Assembly (NCBI GenBank): GCA_047284725.1 | Contig: JBJBEO010000001.1 | Location: 704,001 to 768,000 of the forward strand | Direction: 5' to 3' | Length of the DNA: 64,000 nucleotides | Source: Synechococcus sp. | Lineage (GTDB): Bacteria; Cyanobacteriota; Cyanobacteriia; PCC-6307; Cyanobiaceae | Part shown: positions 1-10,681 of the stretch, piece by piece | Layout of the letters: each line of letters opens with the position of its first letter | How positions within the stretch are numbered: position 1 is the stretch's first letter | Notes under the pieces: generated by a model | What the model saw: the letters and a program-made list of their open reading frames with translations, nothing else | Database searches by the model: none | Told to the model about the DNA's origin: nothing | Position numbers and translations under genes: made by a program

Positions 1-168
1 GAGCAACACGTGCTCAATCTGCGTTTTGGCCTGAATGGAAATGAACGGCACACTCTGGCGGAGATTGGGCGTCTGCTCGAGGTCTCGCGCGAGAGGGTGC
101 GTCAGGTGGAGCTCAAGGCACTACGCAAGTTGCGCAATCTCACACGACGCATTCCTCCCCAGTTCTGA
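1..168 (+). CDS. RNA polymerase sigma-70 factor (RpoD-like/group 2), 3' fragment
   Basis: Manual translation of frame 1: [45 protein letters not shown], the sigma region 4 HTH; TGA at 166-168; truncated by the window start. Confidence 0.9.
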   Translation, partial: EQHVLNLRFGLNGNERHTLAEIGRLLEVSRERVRQVELKALRKLRNLTRRIPPQF

Positions 169-178
169 TCGGACCAAC

Positions 179-213
179 CAAGAAGCTCGGCTTGTCTCAA
201 GCCGAGCTTCTTG
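179..213. terminator. Perfect 16-bp stem hairpin between convergent genes; probable bidirectional terminator
   Basis: CAAGAAGCTCGGCTTG-tct-CAAGCCGAGCTTCTTG between the sigma factor and pdhA stop codons. Confidence 0.75.
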
Positions 214-246
214 AAGAAGGTAATTGAGTGAGGGCTGGCGACTGAA

Positions 247-1338
247 TCAGTCTTCGGCCCAGATGTAGCGCGTGAGTTCAGCGCTGTCGGGTTCAGGGGC
301 ACTGAGAGCGAATTCAACGCAGTCCTGGACCTCAGCATCGATTTCTTTTTCGATGGCACGCAGATCGTCGCTGCTCACCAGCCCCGCGGAGGTGAGATCA
401 CGTTCGAGCGCTTTGATCGGATCGCGTTGCGCCCAGAACTGTTTCTCCTCTTCAGCTCTGAGCTCGTCGGGGTCGGCCAGGGAGTGACCTCGGAACCGGT
501 AGGTGAGGCATTCGAGCAAGGTTGGACCTTCACCAGCCCGGGCTCGAGCAACGGCTCGCTCAGTGGCAGCGCGAACGGCCAGCACATCCATGCCGTCGAC
601 CTCTTCTCCGGCCATGCCGAAGGCAGCTGCTTTGCGCCAGATCTCCGGTTCACTCGTGGCGCGGTTGTGGTCCATGCCAATGGCCCACTTGTTGTTCTCC
701 ACCACAAAAATGATGGGCAGCTTCCAAAGCTGCGCCATGTTCAGGCATTCGTAAAACTGGCCGATGTTGCAGGTGCCATCGCCGAAGAAGGCTGCGGTCA
801 CCGCATCACTGCTCGCTTCTCCGAGTGCATCACGTTTGTAGCGGCTGGTGAAGGCAGCACCGAGGGCCACAGGAATGCCTTCCCCGATGAAGGCGTAACC
901 GCCAAGAAGATGATGATCCTTGGAGAAGAGGTGCATGGAACCGCCCCGGCCTTTGCTGCAACCGGTTTCTTTCCCGAACAGCTCGCTCATCACTTCCCTG
1001 GCGGGGACCCCTGCACTGAGAGCATGCACGTGATCGCGGTAGGTGCTGCAGAACCAGTCGTGCTGACGCTTCATGGCACCGATCACGCCGGTGCTCACCG
1101 CTTCCTGCCCGTTGTAGAGGTGCACGAAGCCAAACATCTTGCCTCGGTAATACATTTCGGCGCACTTGTCTTCGAAGCGTCGCCCCAGGGTCATGTCGCG
1201 ATAGAGGGCCAGACCGGTCTCGCGATCCACACTGGCGCGACTGACGGTGACCAGGCTGGAAAGTCGCTCAGCATGAGCACCGGTGAGGTTCGTGCCGGAC
1301 GGCTTCAGCTGGGTCTCCATTGCGATGTCCTGGCCCAT
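247..1338 (-). CDS. pdhA: Pyruvate dehydrogenase E1 alpha subunit
   Basis: [15 protein letters not shown]-binding GDG...NN motif, [12 protein letters not shown]. Confidence 0.97.
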   Translation of the reverse strand: MGQDIAMETQLKPSGTNLTGAHAERLSSLVTVSRASVDRETGLALYRDMTLGRRFEDKCAEMYYRGKMFGFVHLYNGQEAVSTGVIGAMKRQHDWFCSTYRDHVHALSAGVPAREVMSELFGKETGCSKGRGGSMHLFSKDHHLLGGYAFIGEGIPVALGAAFTSRYKRDALGEASSDAVTAAFFGDGTCNIGQFYECLNMAQLWKLPIIFVVENNKWAIGMDHNRATSEPEIWRKAAAFGMAGEEVDGMDVLAVRAATERAVARARAGEGPTLLECLTYRFRGHSLADPDELRAEEEKQFWAQRDPIKALERDLTSAGLVSSDDLRAIEKEIDAEVQDCVEFALSAPEPDSAELTRYIWAED

Positions 1339-1445
1339 GACACGCCACTCATTGAGGACTGACTGTAAGGGTCAGAGGAGGATCGTTGGGCAAAAACCCT
1401 GATTCTGCCTACAGTCTGCTGCCAAAGGTTGGAACCGCAGACCAG

Positions 1446-3539
1446 GTGGAATTGCCGATTGATCATTTCCGCCTTCTGGGCGTAAGCCCCTCGTCGGTAG
1501 ACGAGACCATGCTTCGCACGCTTCAACTGCGCATTGACCGTCCGCCCGGTCAGGGGTTCACCCATGAAGCATTGCAGCAGCGGGCTGAGTTATTGCGGCT
1601 TTCGGCCGATCTGCTCACCGATCATCAGCGCCGAGCCGACTATGAGGCGGCACTGCTGAATCTGGGCCGTGAACATCCTGGTGAAACGGCTGGTTTGGAG
1701 CTGTCCTCCAGTCGGGAGGTGGCGGGTCTGATGTTGCTCTGGGAAGCCAGTGCTCCCCATGAGGCGTTCCAGTTGGCCCGGCAGGCGCTGCAGCCCCCTC
1801 AGGCTCCTGCCCTCGGCAGCAATCGTGAAGCCGATCTCACCCTCCTCGCTGCATTGTCTTGCCGCGATGCATCGCGGCAAGACCAGGAGGCCCGTCGTTA
1901 CGAGTCCGCGGCCGGACTGCTGATGGAGGGCCTGCAATTGCTTCAAAGGGTGGGCAAATTGCCCGATCAACGGCAGGCGATCGAGCAGGAGTTGCTCGCG
2001 CTCACGCCCTACCGCATCCTTGATCTGCTCAGTCGCGATCTGGCTGAGGAGAGCGCGCGCCAGCAAGGCCTGCAGATGCTGGATCAGTTGGTGGGCGAGC
2101 GGGGTGGCCTTGAGGGAAGTGGTCGGGCCATCGATGCTGAGGGCCTGAGTCAGGGCGAGTTCGAACTGTTCTTCCAGCAGATTCGCCGCTTCCTCACCGT
2201 GCAGGAGCAACTTGATCTTTACCAGCGCTGGCAACGCATCGGCTCCGTCGATGCGGCTTTCCTGGCGGTGATGGCTCTGACGGCTTCAGGCTTTTCGCGT
2301 CGCAAACCGGAGCGGCTGGATGAAGCGCGTCAGCGTCTTGATGCCTTGTCTCTTGCCGAGCTGGATCTCATGCCATTGCAGGGATGCCTTGACCTGTTGC
2401 TCGGCGATGTGGATCGCGCCCAAAGCAGGGTGACGTCGTCGTCGGATCCAGAGCTGCAGCAGTGGTTGCTCAAACACCCTGGCGATGACCTCGCAGCGCT
2501 CTGTGATTACTGTCGTGCCTGGCTTCGTCGCGACGTGTTGCCAGGATTCCGCGACGTGGATGCGGAGGCAGTTGATCTCGAGGCCTGGTTTGCCGATCGC
2601 GATGTACAGGCTTTCGTGGAACGGCTCGAGCGAATCGAGCACCGTCAGCGCAGCCAGGCAGATGGGGCTGCATGGGTGCCCGGCGCAGGTGAAGAGCCGT
2701 TCTCGGCCTTCCCTCTTGATTCGGATGGAACTATTCCACTCCCTGTGTTGGAGGAGGACGTCCCCCTCGATCAGGAGCTGGATGAAGTCGAAGATCCTGT
2801 GTCGTGGCGTGAGCGTCTGCGTAAGAGACTGGCTTCGCTTGCTCGGCCTCGATGGTCGATGCCGGCCCTCTCGCTCCCTCGGCCAGCGGTTGATCTGCGG
2901 GCCCTGCCTCCAGTCAGTCGCCCTGTCCTGATCGGGTCTGCCGCGTTGGCGGGTGTGGCGGTGCTCGTGGGTGTTTTCGGCCTGGTTGGATTGCGGCGTG
3001 AGGCTGCCTCCACCGCCGAGGCTGAATCGCCAACACAGCAGATCTCGGCTCCCGCAGAGCAGTCGTCCCCAGCATCAACTCCCGAGGCTCCGTTGCCTCA
3101 TGCCAAGTTGCAGCCCGCAAGCGACAGAACTCCTGTGGCCATGGTGCTGGAGGCCGATGAGCCTTCCCTGGAGCAACTCCAGGACCTGTTGCAGGCCTGG
3201 CTCAACCGTAAGGCGATCGTTCTGGCTGGTGGCTCTCTGCAGGAGGCTCGCCTTGCCGATGTGGCCCGTAGAGGTCTGCTCGCTCAGGTGCAGGAGGAAC
3301 GGGCCCGGGATGCGGCTGCTGGAACAACGCAGGTGGTCAAGGCGAGCATCACATCTGCAGACCTGGTGAGCCTTGCTGCCAATCGCATTGAACTGAGGGC
3401 TCAGGTGGCCTACAGCGATCAACGCCTTGATGCCGCCGGCAACGTGATTGACACCACTGCAGCTGGAACGTTGCCAGTCACCTATGTGCTCGGCCGGGAC
3501 GGCAAACGCTGGCGTCTCCATGCCTATGTCCCCAGCTGA
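1446..3539 (+). CDS. ftn2: Cell division protein Ftn2/ARC6 family (J-like N-terminus, TM, C-terminal IMS/DUF4101 domain)
   Basis: ELPIDHFRLLGV N-terminus, one TM near aa 515-535, C-terminal VTYVLGRDGKRWRL; GTG start at 1446 chosen (ORF open from 1386). Confidence 0.85.
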   Translation: MELPIDHFRLLGVSPSSVDETMLRTLQLRIDRPPGQGFTHEALQQRAELLRLSADLLTDHQRRADYEAALLNLGREHPGETAGLELSSSREVAGLMLLWEASAPHEAFQLARQALQPPQAPALGSNREADLTLLAALSCRDASRQDQEARRYESAAGLLMEGLQLLQRVGKLPDQRQAIEQELLALTPYRILDLLSRDLAEESARQQGLQMLDQLVGERGGLEGSGRAIDAEGLSQGEFELFFQQIRRFLTVQEQLDLYQRWQRIGSVDAAFLAVMALTASGFSRRKPERLDEARQRLDALSLAELDLMPLQGCLDLLLGDVDRAQSRVTSSSDPELQQWLLKHPGDDLAALCDYCRAWLRRDVLPGFRDVDAEAVDLEAWFADRDVQAFVERLERIEHRQRSQADGAAWVPGAGEEPFSAFPLDSDGTIPLPVLEEDVPLDQELDEVEDPVSWRERLRKRLASLARPRWSMPALSLPRPAVDLRALPPVSRPVLIGSAALAGVAVLVGVFGLVGLRREAASTAEAESPTQQISAPAEQSSPASTPEAPLPHAKLQPASDRTPVAMVLEADEPSLEQLQDLLQAWLNRKAIVLAGGSLQEARLADVARRGLLAQVQEERARDAAAGTTQVVKASITSADLVSLAANRIELRAQVAYSDQRLDAAGNVIDTTAAGTLPVTYVLGRDGKRWRLHAYVPS

Positions 3540-3668
3540 CGTTCTCCGGTTGGTGGGTCGCCCTGGGACGGCTTCAACGGACTGCAAGCCAATGGCATTG
3601 CCGCTGATTCGCAGGCATGAGGATGGCGGCTTTTAGCATCAACGCTTCACCGTCTACGGATCACTTCC

Positions 3669-5147
3669 ATGTTCGATGAGCTGTCAGCCCGCTTGGAAGA
3701 TGCGGTCAAGGGGCTGAGGGGTCAGGACAAGATCTCCGAAACCAACGTGGAGGGAGCCCTCAAAGAGGTGCGCCGCGCCTTGCTTGAGGCCGACGTGAGC
3801 CTGCCGGTGGTCAAGGACTTCGTGGCGGAGGTGCGTGAGAAAGCCGTTGGTGCTGAGGTGGTGCGCGGGGTGAGCCCCGACCAGAAGTTCATCCAGGTGG
3901 TGCACGAGCAACTGGTGGATGTGATGGGCGGCGGGAATGCGCCCCTCGCCAAGGCCCACCAGGCCCCCACGGTGGTTCTGATGGCTGGTCTGCAGGGCGC
4001 CGGAAAGACGACGGCGACTGCCAAGCTCGGTCTTCACCTCAAAGATCAGGGCCGCCGGGCCCTGATGGTGGGGGCCGACGTGTATCGCCCTGCGGCGATT
4101 GAGCAGCTGCGCACCCTCGGTGAACAGATAGGTGTTGATGTCTTCAGCCTCGGCGCTGAGGCCAAACCCGAAGACATTGCCGCCGCCGGTTTGGCGAAGG
4201 CCAGAGAGGGGGGGTACGACACCCTGCTGGTGGATACAGCTGGTCGTCTCCAGATCGATACCTCGATGATGGAGGAGATGGTGCGGATCCGTTCCGCCGT
4301 GCAGCCCGATGAGGTGCTGCTCGTGGTGGATTCGATGATCGGCCAGGAGGCGGCCGAGCTCACCCGCGCCTTCCATGACCAGGTGGGCATCACTGGAGCG
4401 GTGCTCACCAAGCTCGACGGCGATTCCCGTGGTGGTGCAGCCCTTTCCATCCGCAAGGTGAGCGGTCAGCCGATCAAGTTCATCGGTACCGGCGAGAAAG
4501 TGGAGGCGTTGCAGCCGTTTCATCCCGAGCGGATGGCCAGCCGCATCCTTGGCATGGGTGATGTGCTCACCCTGGTCGAGAAAGCCCAGAAGGAGGTGGA
4601 GCTCGCCGACGTCGAAAAGATGCAGAAAAAGCTGCAGGAGGCGTCGTTTGATTTTTCCGACTTTCTTCAGCAGATGCGCCTGATCAAGCGCATGGGCTCC
4701 CTGGGCGGGTTGATGAAAATGATCCCAGGCATGAACAAGCTCGACGACGGCATGCTCAAGCAGGGCGAGCAGCAGCTCAAGAAGATCGAGGCGATGATCG
4801 GTTCCATGACAGCAGCCGAGCGCACGCAGCCGGAGCTTCTGGCGGCCCAGCCGTCCCGTCGTCGTCGCATCGCCGCCGGTTGTGGCTACCAGCCCGCAGA
4901 TGTCGACAAGGTGCTGGCTGATTTCCAGAAAATGCGTGGCTTCATGCAGCAGATGACCCAAGGCGGTGGGATGCCCGGAATGGCAGGAGGCATGCCTGGG
5001 ATGCCCGGCATGGGTGGCTTCCCTGGCATGGGTGGTGGCATGCCCGGGATGGGCATGCCTGGCATGGGTGGTGGTGGTCCCCGTGGTGGTGGGGCGCCAC
5101 GCCGCCAGCGTCCGGTCAAGAAGAAGAAGGGGTTCGGTGACCTCTGA
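3669..5147 (+). CDS. ffh: Signal recognition particle protein
   Basis: [20 protein letters not shown] GTPase motifs; Met-rich M domain. Confidence 0.98.
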   Translation: MFDELSARLEDAVKGLRGQDKISETNVEGALKEVRRALLEADVSLPVVKDFVAEVREKAVGAEVVRGVSPDQKFIQVVHEQLVDVMGGGNAPLAKAHQAPTVVLMAGLQGAGKTTATAKLGLHLKDQGRRALMVGADVYRPAAIEQLRTLGEQIGVDVFSLGAEAKPEDIAAAGLAKAREGGYDTLLVDTAGRLQIDTSMMEEMVRIRSAVQPDEVLLVVDSMIGQEAAELTRAFHDQVGITGAVLTKLDGDSRGGAALSIRKVSGQPIKFIGTGEKVEALQPFHPERMASRILGMGDVLTLVEKAQKEVELADVEKMQKKLQEASFDFSDFLQQMRLIKRMGSLGGLMKMIPGMNKLDDGMLKQGEQQLKKIEAMIGSMTAAERTQPELLAAQPSRRRRIAAGCGYQPADVDKVLADFQKMRGFMQQMTQGGGMPGMAGGMPGMPGMGGFPGMGGGMPGMGMPGMGGGGPRGGGAPRRQRPVKKKKGFGDL

Positions 5148-5223
5148 TAGGCAGCAGGGTATTGTTGCTGTTTGGCACGCGATTTTTGATCCGGGCCGAG
5201 TTCCATTACCTAGCAGCGCCACA

Positions 5224-5622
5224 ATGATCAAGCTCCGCCTGAAGCGGTTCGGTAAGAAGCGGGAAGCGAGCTTCCGTCTTGTGGCCTGCAACAGCACGTC
5301 CCGTCGTGACGGTCGCCCCTTGGAAGAGCTGGGCTTCTATAACCCCCGCACTAAGGAGACCCGTCTTGATGCAGAGGGTCTGCGCAACCGCTTGAGCCAG
5401 GGTGCTCAGCCCACCGATGCGGTGCGTTCTCTGCTTGAGAAGGGTGGTCTGCTCGAGAAGACCGTTCGTCCCGCCGAAGTGGTTGGCAAGCTCAAGCAAG
5501 CTGCTGCCCGTGAGGCTGCTGCCAAGCAGGCGGCCAAAGAGGCGGCTGAGGCCAAGGCTGCCGCTGCAGCAGAAGCTGCTGCTTCCGAAGGGGAAGCTGC
5601 TGAAGCCGCTCCTGAGGCCTGA
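5224..5622 (+). CDS. rpsP: 30S ribosomal protein S16
   Basis: [41 protein letters not shown]; Ala/Glu-rich tail; follows ffh. Confidence 0.97.
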   Translation: MIKLRLKRFGKKREASFRLVACNSTSRRDGRPLEELGFYNPRTKETRLDAEGLRNRLSQGAQPTDAVRSLLEKGGLLEKTVRPAEVVGKLKQAAAREAAAKQAAKEAAEAKAAAAAEAAASEGEAAEAAPEA

Positions 5623-5630
5623 TCAGCCTG

Positions 5631-6647
5631 ATGGCCGAGGTTTCAGTTCCCGGCCGTTTCGTTTTTGATCTCCCCACTCCAGAAGCTGCTCTGGCCTTGG
5701 CCGGATCTTCTGAACAGACCCTGCGTCAGCTCGAAGCCCTTACAGGGGTTTCTTTGGTGATGCGGGGTCTTCAGCTTGAGATCACCGGTCGGCCGACTCA
5801 ACTGGAACGAGCCTCAGCGGTGGTTGAGTTGCTGCGTTCCCTCTGGGAGGGCGGTGAAACGGTTTCGCCCGTTGATCTGCAGGCAGCAATGCAGGCACTC
5901 GACACCGGCCGCAACCAGGACCACCAGGCGATGGGGCAACAGGTGCTGGCCCGCAGCCAGCGCGGCAACCTGTTGCGACCCCGCACCTTGCGCCAGAAGT
6001 CCTACGTCGAGGCGATGGAACGCCACGACCTCACCTTCGCTCTTGGCCCAGCTGGCACGGGTAAAACGTTTTTGGCCACAGTGCTGGCCGTGCGCATGCT
6101 CACCGAGCGCAAGGTGGAGCGGTTGATCCTCACGCGCCCAGCGGTGGAAGCCGGAGAGCGACTGGGCTTCCTACCCGGCGATCTCCAGCAGAAGGTGGAT
6201 CCTTATCTGCGCCCTCTTTATGACGCACTCCACTCCCTGCTTGGGCCAGAAAAAACCAGTGCCCTTCTAGAGAAAGGGGTGATTGAAGTGGCTCCTTTGG
6301 CTTACATGCGTGGCCGCACCTTGGCGGAAGCCTTCGTGATTCTCGACGAGGCACAAAACACCACCCCGGCCCAGATGCGCATGGTGCTCACCCGACTCGG
6401 TGAACGCTCTCGCATGGTGGTGACGGGAGATATCACCCAGGTGGATCTGCCGCCCGGCCAGCTCAGTGGTCTGGTGGAGGCATCGCAGGTGCTCGAAGGC
6501 GTTGAGGGGGTGGCGGTCTGCAAGCTCACCTCCGCCGATGTGGTGCGCCATCCCCTGGTGCAACGGGTGGTTGAGGCCTATGCGAAACGAGATAAGGCCA
6601 CCGGCGGCCCACCAGCTTCGATGCCAAGGCCGCGCCGGGCCTCTTGA
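5631..6647 (+). CDS. phoH: PhoH-family ATPase
   Basis: GPAGTGKT, RPAVEAGERLGFLPGDL, YMRGRTL, LDEAQN, GDITQVDL. Confidence 0.95.
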   Translation: MAEVSVPGRFVFDLPTPEAALALAGSSEQTLRQLEALTGVSLVMRGLQLEITGRPTQLERASAVVELLRSLWEGGETVSPVDLQAAMQALDTGRNQDHQAMGQQVLARSQRGNLLRPRTLRQKSYVEAMERHDLTFALGPAGTGKTFLATVLAVRMLTERKVERLILTRPAVEAGERLGFLPGDLQQKVDPYLRPLYDALHSLLGPEKTSALLEKGVIEVAPLAYMRGRTLAEAFVILDEAQNTTPAQMRMVLTRLGERSRMVVTGDITQVDLPPGQLSGLVEASQVLEGVEGVAVCKLTSADVVRHPLVQRVVEAYAKRDKATGGPPASMPRPRRAS

Positions 6648-6736
6648 TCCTGTCCCCTTGATGGGGAGATCCGCACCTGAGTTCTGTCCACAACCTTGTC
6701 AAGGCTGGCAAAGTGACCGTAGTGATCTGGGGCGAC

Positions 6737-7471
6737 ATGCCAGCCAGCAGCAATTTCCAGGAGGCCATCCGCGAGGCGCAGTCGAGCGCGCTTGTGGGGC
6801 CCAACGTAGTCAACAAGGCTCTCCCTTACGTCGGCGGAGGCATGGTGCTCACCGCCGGCGGCGTGCTGGGAGGCATGGCCACCATGGCTTCGATCGGTTA
6901 TTCAGCGTTCAACGGCCTGTCCCTGGTCGCGATCATTCCCTGGTTCATTCTTTTCTTCGTTGCCCAGAACGCAGCGAACAAGGCCAACAACGGCACGGCC
7001 CTGCCGTTGATGGCCACCTTCAGTCTGCTCACCGGTTTCACCATGACCGGTCTGGTGGTTCAGGCCATCGCCGTGGCGGGCGCTGCCTCGATCGGAATCG
7101 CCGCCCTTGCCACGGGCATCACATTTGCTGTGGCTTCCGTGTTCGGACGCCGCATGAGTGACAGCGTCGGCCAGGCACTCACCTCGGTGGTCAGACTCGG
7201 CTTGATCGGCTTGGTGATTGCGATGGTGTGCATCATGATTGCCGGTTTCTTCATCCCCGGCCTCTACGCAGCCACCAACCTCGCGATCGCTGGTTTCGGC
7301 ACGATCCTGTTTGTGGGTATGGCCTTCGTGGACTTCTACACGATGCCCCGAACGTATCGGGATGATCAGTATCTGTCGGGTGCCCTCGGCATGTACCTGA
7401 CCTACATCAACCTGTTCATCTTTGTGCTTCGTTTGATCATTGCCCTTCAGGGCGGCGGCCGCCGCGACTGA
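6737..7471 (+). CDS. Bax inhibitor-1/YccA family membrane protein
   Basis: About 7 TM segments; C-terminal GALGMYLTYINLFIFVLRL. Confidence 0.85.
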   Translation: MPASSNFQEAIREAQSSALVGPNVVNKALPYVGGGMVLTAGGVLGGMATMASIGYSAFNGLSLVAIIPWFILFFVAQNAANKANNGTALPLMATFSLLTGFTMTGLVVQAIAVAGAASIGIAALATGITFAVASVFGRRMSDSVGQALTSVVRLGLIGLVIAMVCIMIAGFFIPGLYAATNLAIAGFGTILFVGMAFVDFYTMPRTYRDDQYLSGALGMYLTYINLFIFVLRLIIALQGGGRRD

Positions 7472-7506
7472 TCAGCTCGCTGCAATCAAGCGTTGTCAAC
7501 TCATGC

Positions 7507-7531
7507 ACCCCGGCCGAGGCCGGGGTTTTTT
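7507..7531 (+). terminator. Rho-independent terminator
   Basis: ACCCCGGCC-GA-GGCCGGGG followed by TTTTTT, downstream of the ffh-rpsP-phoH-yccA run. Confidence 0.8.
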
Positions 7532-7541
7532 GTGCAGCTTG

Positions 7542-8060
7542 TCAGTCGGCCACCGCTTCAATCGCTGCATGGATCGCTGCTTTTTGCTCGGCGTTGTAGC
7601 CCCAGCGCTCCAGAAAACTCACGTCCTCTCCACGGTTATGGGCAGCCGCCTCCAACAAAGTCTCGAGGCGCTCCTTGACGTGCTGCGATTCGAGCTGGCG
7701 CAGCAGTTCCATGCAGCGTGTGTTGACCCGTTCGGAGCCAGCGGCTTGCGTGTCGTCACCACTGGCGCGGTGGTGCACAACCATGGCGGCACTCATGGCA
7801 AGGTTGCGTGCCATCAGGTCGACAACCCCATCTCCGGCCTCGCGCAATTTGTGAATCAGCGCCTCGGGTAAGCGATCCATCAAGGCACTGTCGCCGGCCA
7901 GGCTCACCACAAAAAAACCTCGGGCTCCATCGCGACTGGCCACCAATTCACCGACGCGGTCGGCCAGCACCTCATCACTGATCTCTTCGTCATCCCATTG
8001 CTTCAGCCATCCGGCGGCGAACTCCATCGCCTGCTGGAAACTGGGCTCAAGCATGGTCAT
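7542..8060 (-). CDS. Conserved hypothetical cyanobacterial protein
   Basis: 172-aa ORF fills the gap between genes; DGARGFFVV and NLAMSAAM look like conserved blocks. Confidence 0.75.
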   Translation of the reverse strand: MTMLEPSFQQAMEFAAGWLKQWDDEEISDEVLADRVGELVASRDGARGFFVVSLAGDSALMDRLPEALIHKLREAGDGVVDLMARNLAMSAAMVVHHRASGDDTQAAGSERVNTRCMELLRQLESQHVKERLETLLEAAAHNRGEDVSFLERWGYNAEQKAAIHAAIEAVAD

Positions 8061-8138
8061 TGGTGGGATCCGGTAAGACTGATCAAGCCTATGGGCTGGT
8101 GAGCTGAGAGGCTGGAGTGAAGCGCTGAGAGCGGTGGG

Positions 8139-9086
8139 ATGGGTGAAACGGCTCCTGATCAGCCGGAGGTGTTCCGTTCCGGCTTTGTGGCGTTGATCGG
8201 TCGGCCCAACGTGGGCAAATCAACCCTGGTCAACCAACTGGTGGGCGACAAGGTTGCGATCACCTCGCCCGTGGCCCAAACCACCCGCAATCGCCTGCGA
8301 GCCATCCTCACCACGACAACGGCCCAGTTGATCCTGGTGGATACCCCTGGGATCCACAAACCCCATCACTTGCTCGGGGAGCGCCTGGTGCAGAGCGCCC
8401 GGGCGGCGATCGGGGAGGTGGATCAAGTGTTGTTGTTGCTGGAGGGGTGTGAGCAGCCAGGCAAGGGTGACGCCTTCATCGTCAACCTGCTTCAGCAGCA
8501 GCGCCTGCCGGTGCAAGTCGTGCTGAACAAGTGGGATCGGGTGCCTGTGGAGACGCGACCCGAAGCGGATGCGGCTTACCGCGAACTGCTCAGCGCGACC
8601 AATTGGCCGCTGCACCACTGCAGCGCGCTGAGCGGCGAAGGCTGCCCAGATCTGGTGGAGGCCATCAGTGCCCAGATGCCCGAAGGGCCGCAGCTCTATC
8701 CACCCGACATGGTGAGCGATCAGCCGGAACGGTTGCTGATGGCGGAGCTGATTCGCGAGCAGGTGTTGACCCACACCCGAGAAGAGGTGCCCCACAGCGT
8801 GGCGGTGCAGATCGAGCGGGTGGAAGACATGCCGTCGAAGGGCAAAGGCGCCAAACCCCGCACCGCCGTTCTGGCCACGGTGCTTGTGGAGCGTAAGAGT
8901 CAGAAGGGCATTCTGATCGGGAAAGGGGGCGCCATGCTCAAAACCATCGGCCAGGGGGCAAGGCTTCAAATGCAGACCTTGATTGATGGTCCTGTGTATC
9001 TGGAGTTGTTCGTGAAGGTGGTGCCCAATTGGCGTACCAGTGCTGCCAAGCTCAATGAACTCGGTTACAGCGAAGAGCGGATTTAA
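8139..9086 (+). CDS. era: GTPase Era
   Basis: GRPNVGKSTL, DTPG, NKWD, KH-domain GILIGKGG. Confidence 0.97.
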   Translation: MGETAPDQPEVFRSGFVALIGRPNVGKSTLVNQLVGDKVAITSPVAQTTRNRLRAILTTTTAQLILVDTPGIHKPHHLLGERLVQSARAAIGEVDQVLLLLEGCEQPGKGDAFIVNLLQQQRLPVQVVLNKWDRVPVETRPEADAAYRELLSATNWPLHHCSALSGEGCPDLVEAISAQMPEGPQLYPPDMVSDQPERLLMAELIREQVLTHTREEVPHSVAVQIERVEDMPSKGKGAKPRTAVLATVLVERKSQKGILIGKGGAMLKTIGQGARLQMQTLIDGPVYLELFVKVVPNWRTSAAKLNELGYSEERI

Positions 9087-9262
9087 GGGCCGGTGAGTTT
9101 CCAGCGCACGGGCTGCCAGCGGCCAGCCGTGCAGGTGGCTGAGACCGTGCGTGATTGGACGACATGATTGGGTTTAGGCACCGCTGGCCACAGCTGTGAG
9201 CTGTTCTGCTGATGGTTCTGCCACCAGACAGGGTTAGAACTGAATCAAGAACGATTGTACTA

Positions 9263-9544
9263 ATGAGCGCAGGCTGCGAAGGGGGGCGAAGGTCACCCGA
9301 CAACATCATTCATGCAGAAGCCCGGTTTCTGGATGTCATGCCTGGGCAGTTTGTTTTGGTGCAGCAGTCGGCTGTGCAGAGCGATTGGTGGATGGGGCAG
9401 GTGGTGGGTTGCATGGGCAACGCCGACAAGGCGAGGGGAAGTGCGTGGTTTCAGATCGCCGATGTGGATGGTTGGGCAAAGCGTTGGGTGCAGGCCGACC
9501 AAGTGATCCACGTGGTGCATGGTTTGGATGGCTTGCTTGACTGA
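9263..9544 (+). CDS. DUF3104 family protein
   Basis: FLDVMPG..V.V...DWWMGQV...FQIADVD.....WVQAD.V.H pattern; start uncertain (9212 or 9263). Confidence 0.7.
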   Translation: MSAGCEGGRRSPDNIIHAEARFLDVMPGQFVLVQQSAVQSDWWMGQVVGCMGNADKARGSAWFQIADVDGWAKRWVQADQVIHVVHGLDGLLD

Positions 9545-9618
9545 CGCAGCATTGCCAGCCTTCGAGAATGCCGACCCCTTCGGGGCAGGCCTACCGTTGC
9601 AATAGCGGTGGATTGGTG

Positions 9619-10041
9619 ATGACAGAGACAAACGATCGCCATCGATTGCAGACGTTCATCCCTTGGCTTGAAGCCAGGTTGCCGGTTGATCGCCGTTTCT
9701 ATGTGGTGATCACGGTGCTGTTCGGTCTCGTCGGCTACGCCTCAGGCGTCACGTTGCTGAGCCGGATCTCGCGGCCACCGGTCAACCTGGAGGAAAAGGC
9801 CCTCCCGCCCGTGGAAGGGGGGGCCAATCCGGTGCTGCCCCGCCCCGCTCCAGTCCAGTCTGAGGTCACCGCCAAGCCCGCGCTCCCCCCGGAGATCAAA
9901 TCGCCTGCGCCGGCTCTCGAGTTGAAACCTGCTCCGGTCCCCGATCGCTCCGAGTTCACCGAAGAGCAGAATTGCCTGATCTGGAAACGCACCTTCCCTG
10001 AGGCGGCGGCCAAGCTCAAGCCGGGTGATGCCTGTTACTGA
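9619..10041 (+). CDS. Hypothetical single-TM protein with Pro-rich linker and C-terminal Cys pair
   Basis: TM FYVVITVLFGLVGYASGV, Pro-rich stalk, C-terminal NCLIW...DACY. Confidence 0.6.
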   Translation: MTETNDRHRLQTFIPWLEARLPVDRRFYVVITVLFGLVGYASGVTLLSRISRPPVNLEEKALPPVEGGANPVLPRPAPVQSEVTAKPALPPEIKSPAPALELKPAPVPDRSEFTEEQNCLIWKRTFPEAAAKLKPGDACY

Positions 10042-10046
10042 AGTCT

Positions 10047-10547
10047 TTATGTCACCGGCATGGTGGGCAGCTGCTGCAGGGCGTCGGTGAAGCAGAGCCC
10101 CAGGGTGCAGAGTCCGATGCTGTGGCACTGGCACCAACGAACCAGGGCATTTTTTGTCAACGACATGGCTTGATCTGTGCCTGTGTCGCCATGGGTGGAG
10201 ACCGTTTTCAGGTTCACTTTCAGTTCTGTTCCGGGCTCCATCGTGAGCATGTCCGCATGCTCCTTGTGATCCCCATGCAGGCGAAGGTCACTGTCGCTGA
10301 AATCGAACAAGACACAAGCACCACCGGTGCTGATATCGATCAGGTCACTTGGAATCCAATGCGATTCATCTCCCTCACCGGGCTTTCCTCTCAATCCCAA
10401 GGTCACGTTCACCAGGCCGAGGGGAGTGAAGCGTTGGGCTTGGCGCTTCTCACAGCGGGGAGACGAAGGTTGTCCACGAACGGCCCGGCGCATGGTCATG
10501 GCACCGGAGGGGGATGGGTGCGTGTGGCGTGCTGAGGTGTGTGCCAT
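10047..10547 (-). CDS. PilZ-domain protein (putative c-di-GMP receptor)
   Basis: RQAQR (RxxxR) and DISTGG (DxSxxG) motifs; C-terminal VRWC...LGLCF beta pattern. Confidence 0.65.
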   Translation of the reverse strand: MAHTSARHTHPSPSGAMTMRRAVRGQPSSPRCEKRQAQRFTPLGLVNVTLGLRGKPGEGDESHWIPSDLIDISTGGACVLFDFSDSDLRLHGDHKEHADMLTMEPGTELKVNLKTVSTHGDTGTDQAMSLTKNALVRWCQCHSIGLCTLGLCFTDALQQLPTMPVT

Positions 10548-10681
10548 GGCGGGACGATCCAGGGGACAAACAGAAATTGAGACAGCTTTTCCTTTATTCC
10601 TTGTTCCGGTTTCTCTAATCTCTTGCCTTCAATGCTTGCTTGACTGGCATAGCGGTGAGCAAGGACTGAGAGAATGCAGAG

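Noticed and set aside
4960..5095. GGMPGM repeats at the ffh 3' end
   Set aside because: Low-complexity Gly/Met tail commonly seen on Ffh; not a separate element
3684..5297. 537-aa ORF antisense to ffh
   Set aside because: Shadow ORF from codon bias in GC-rich DNA; the opposite strand has clear SRP GTPase motifs
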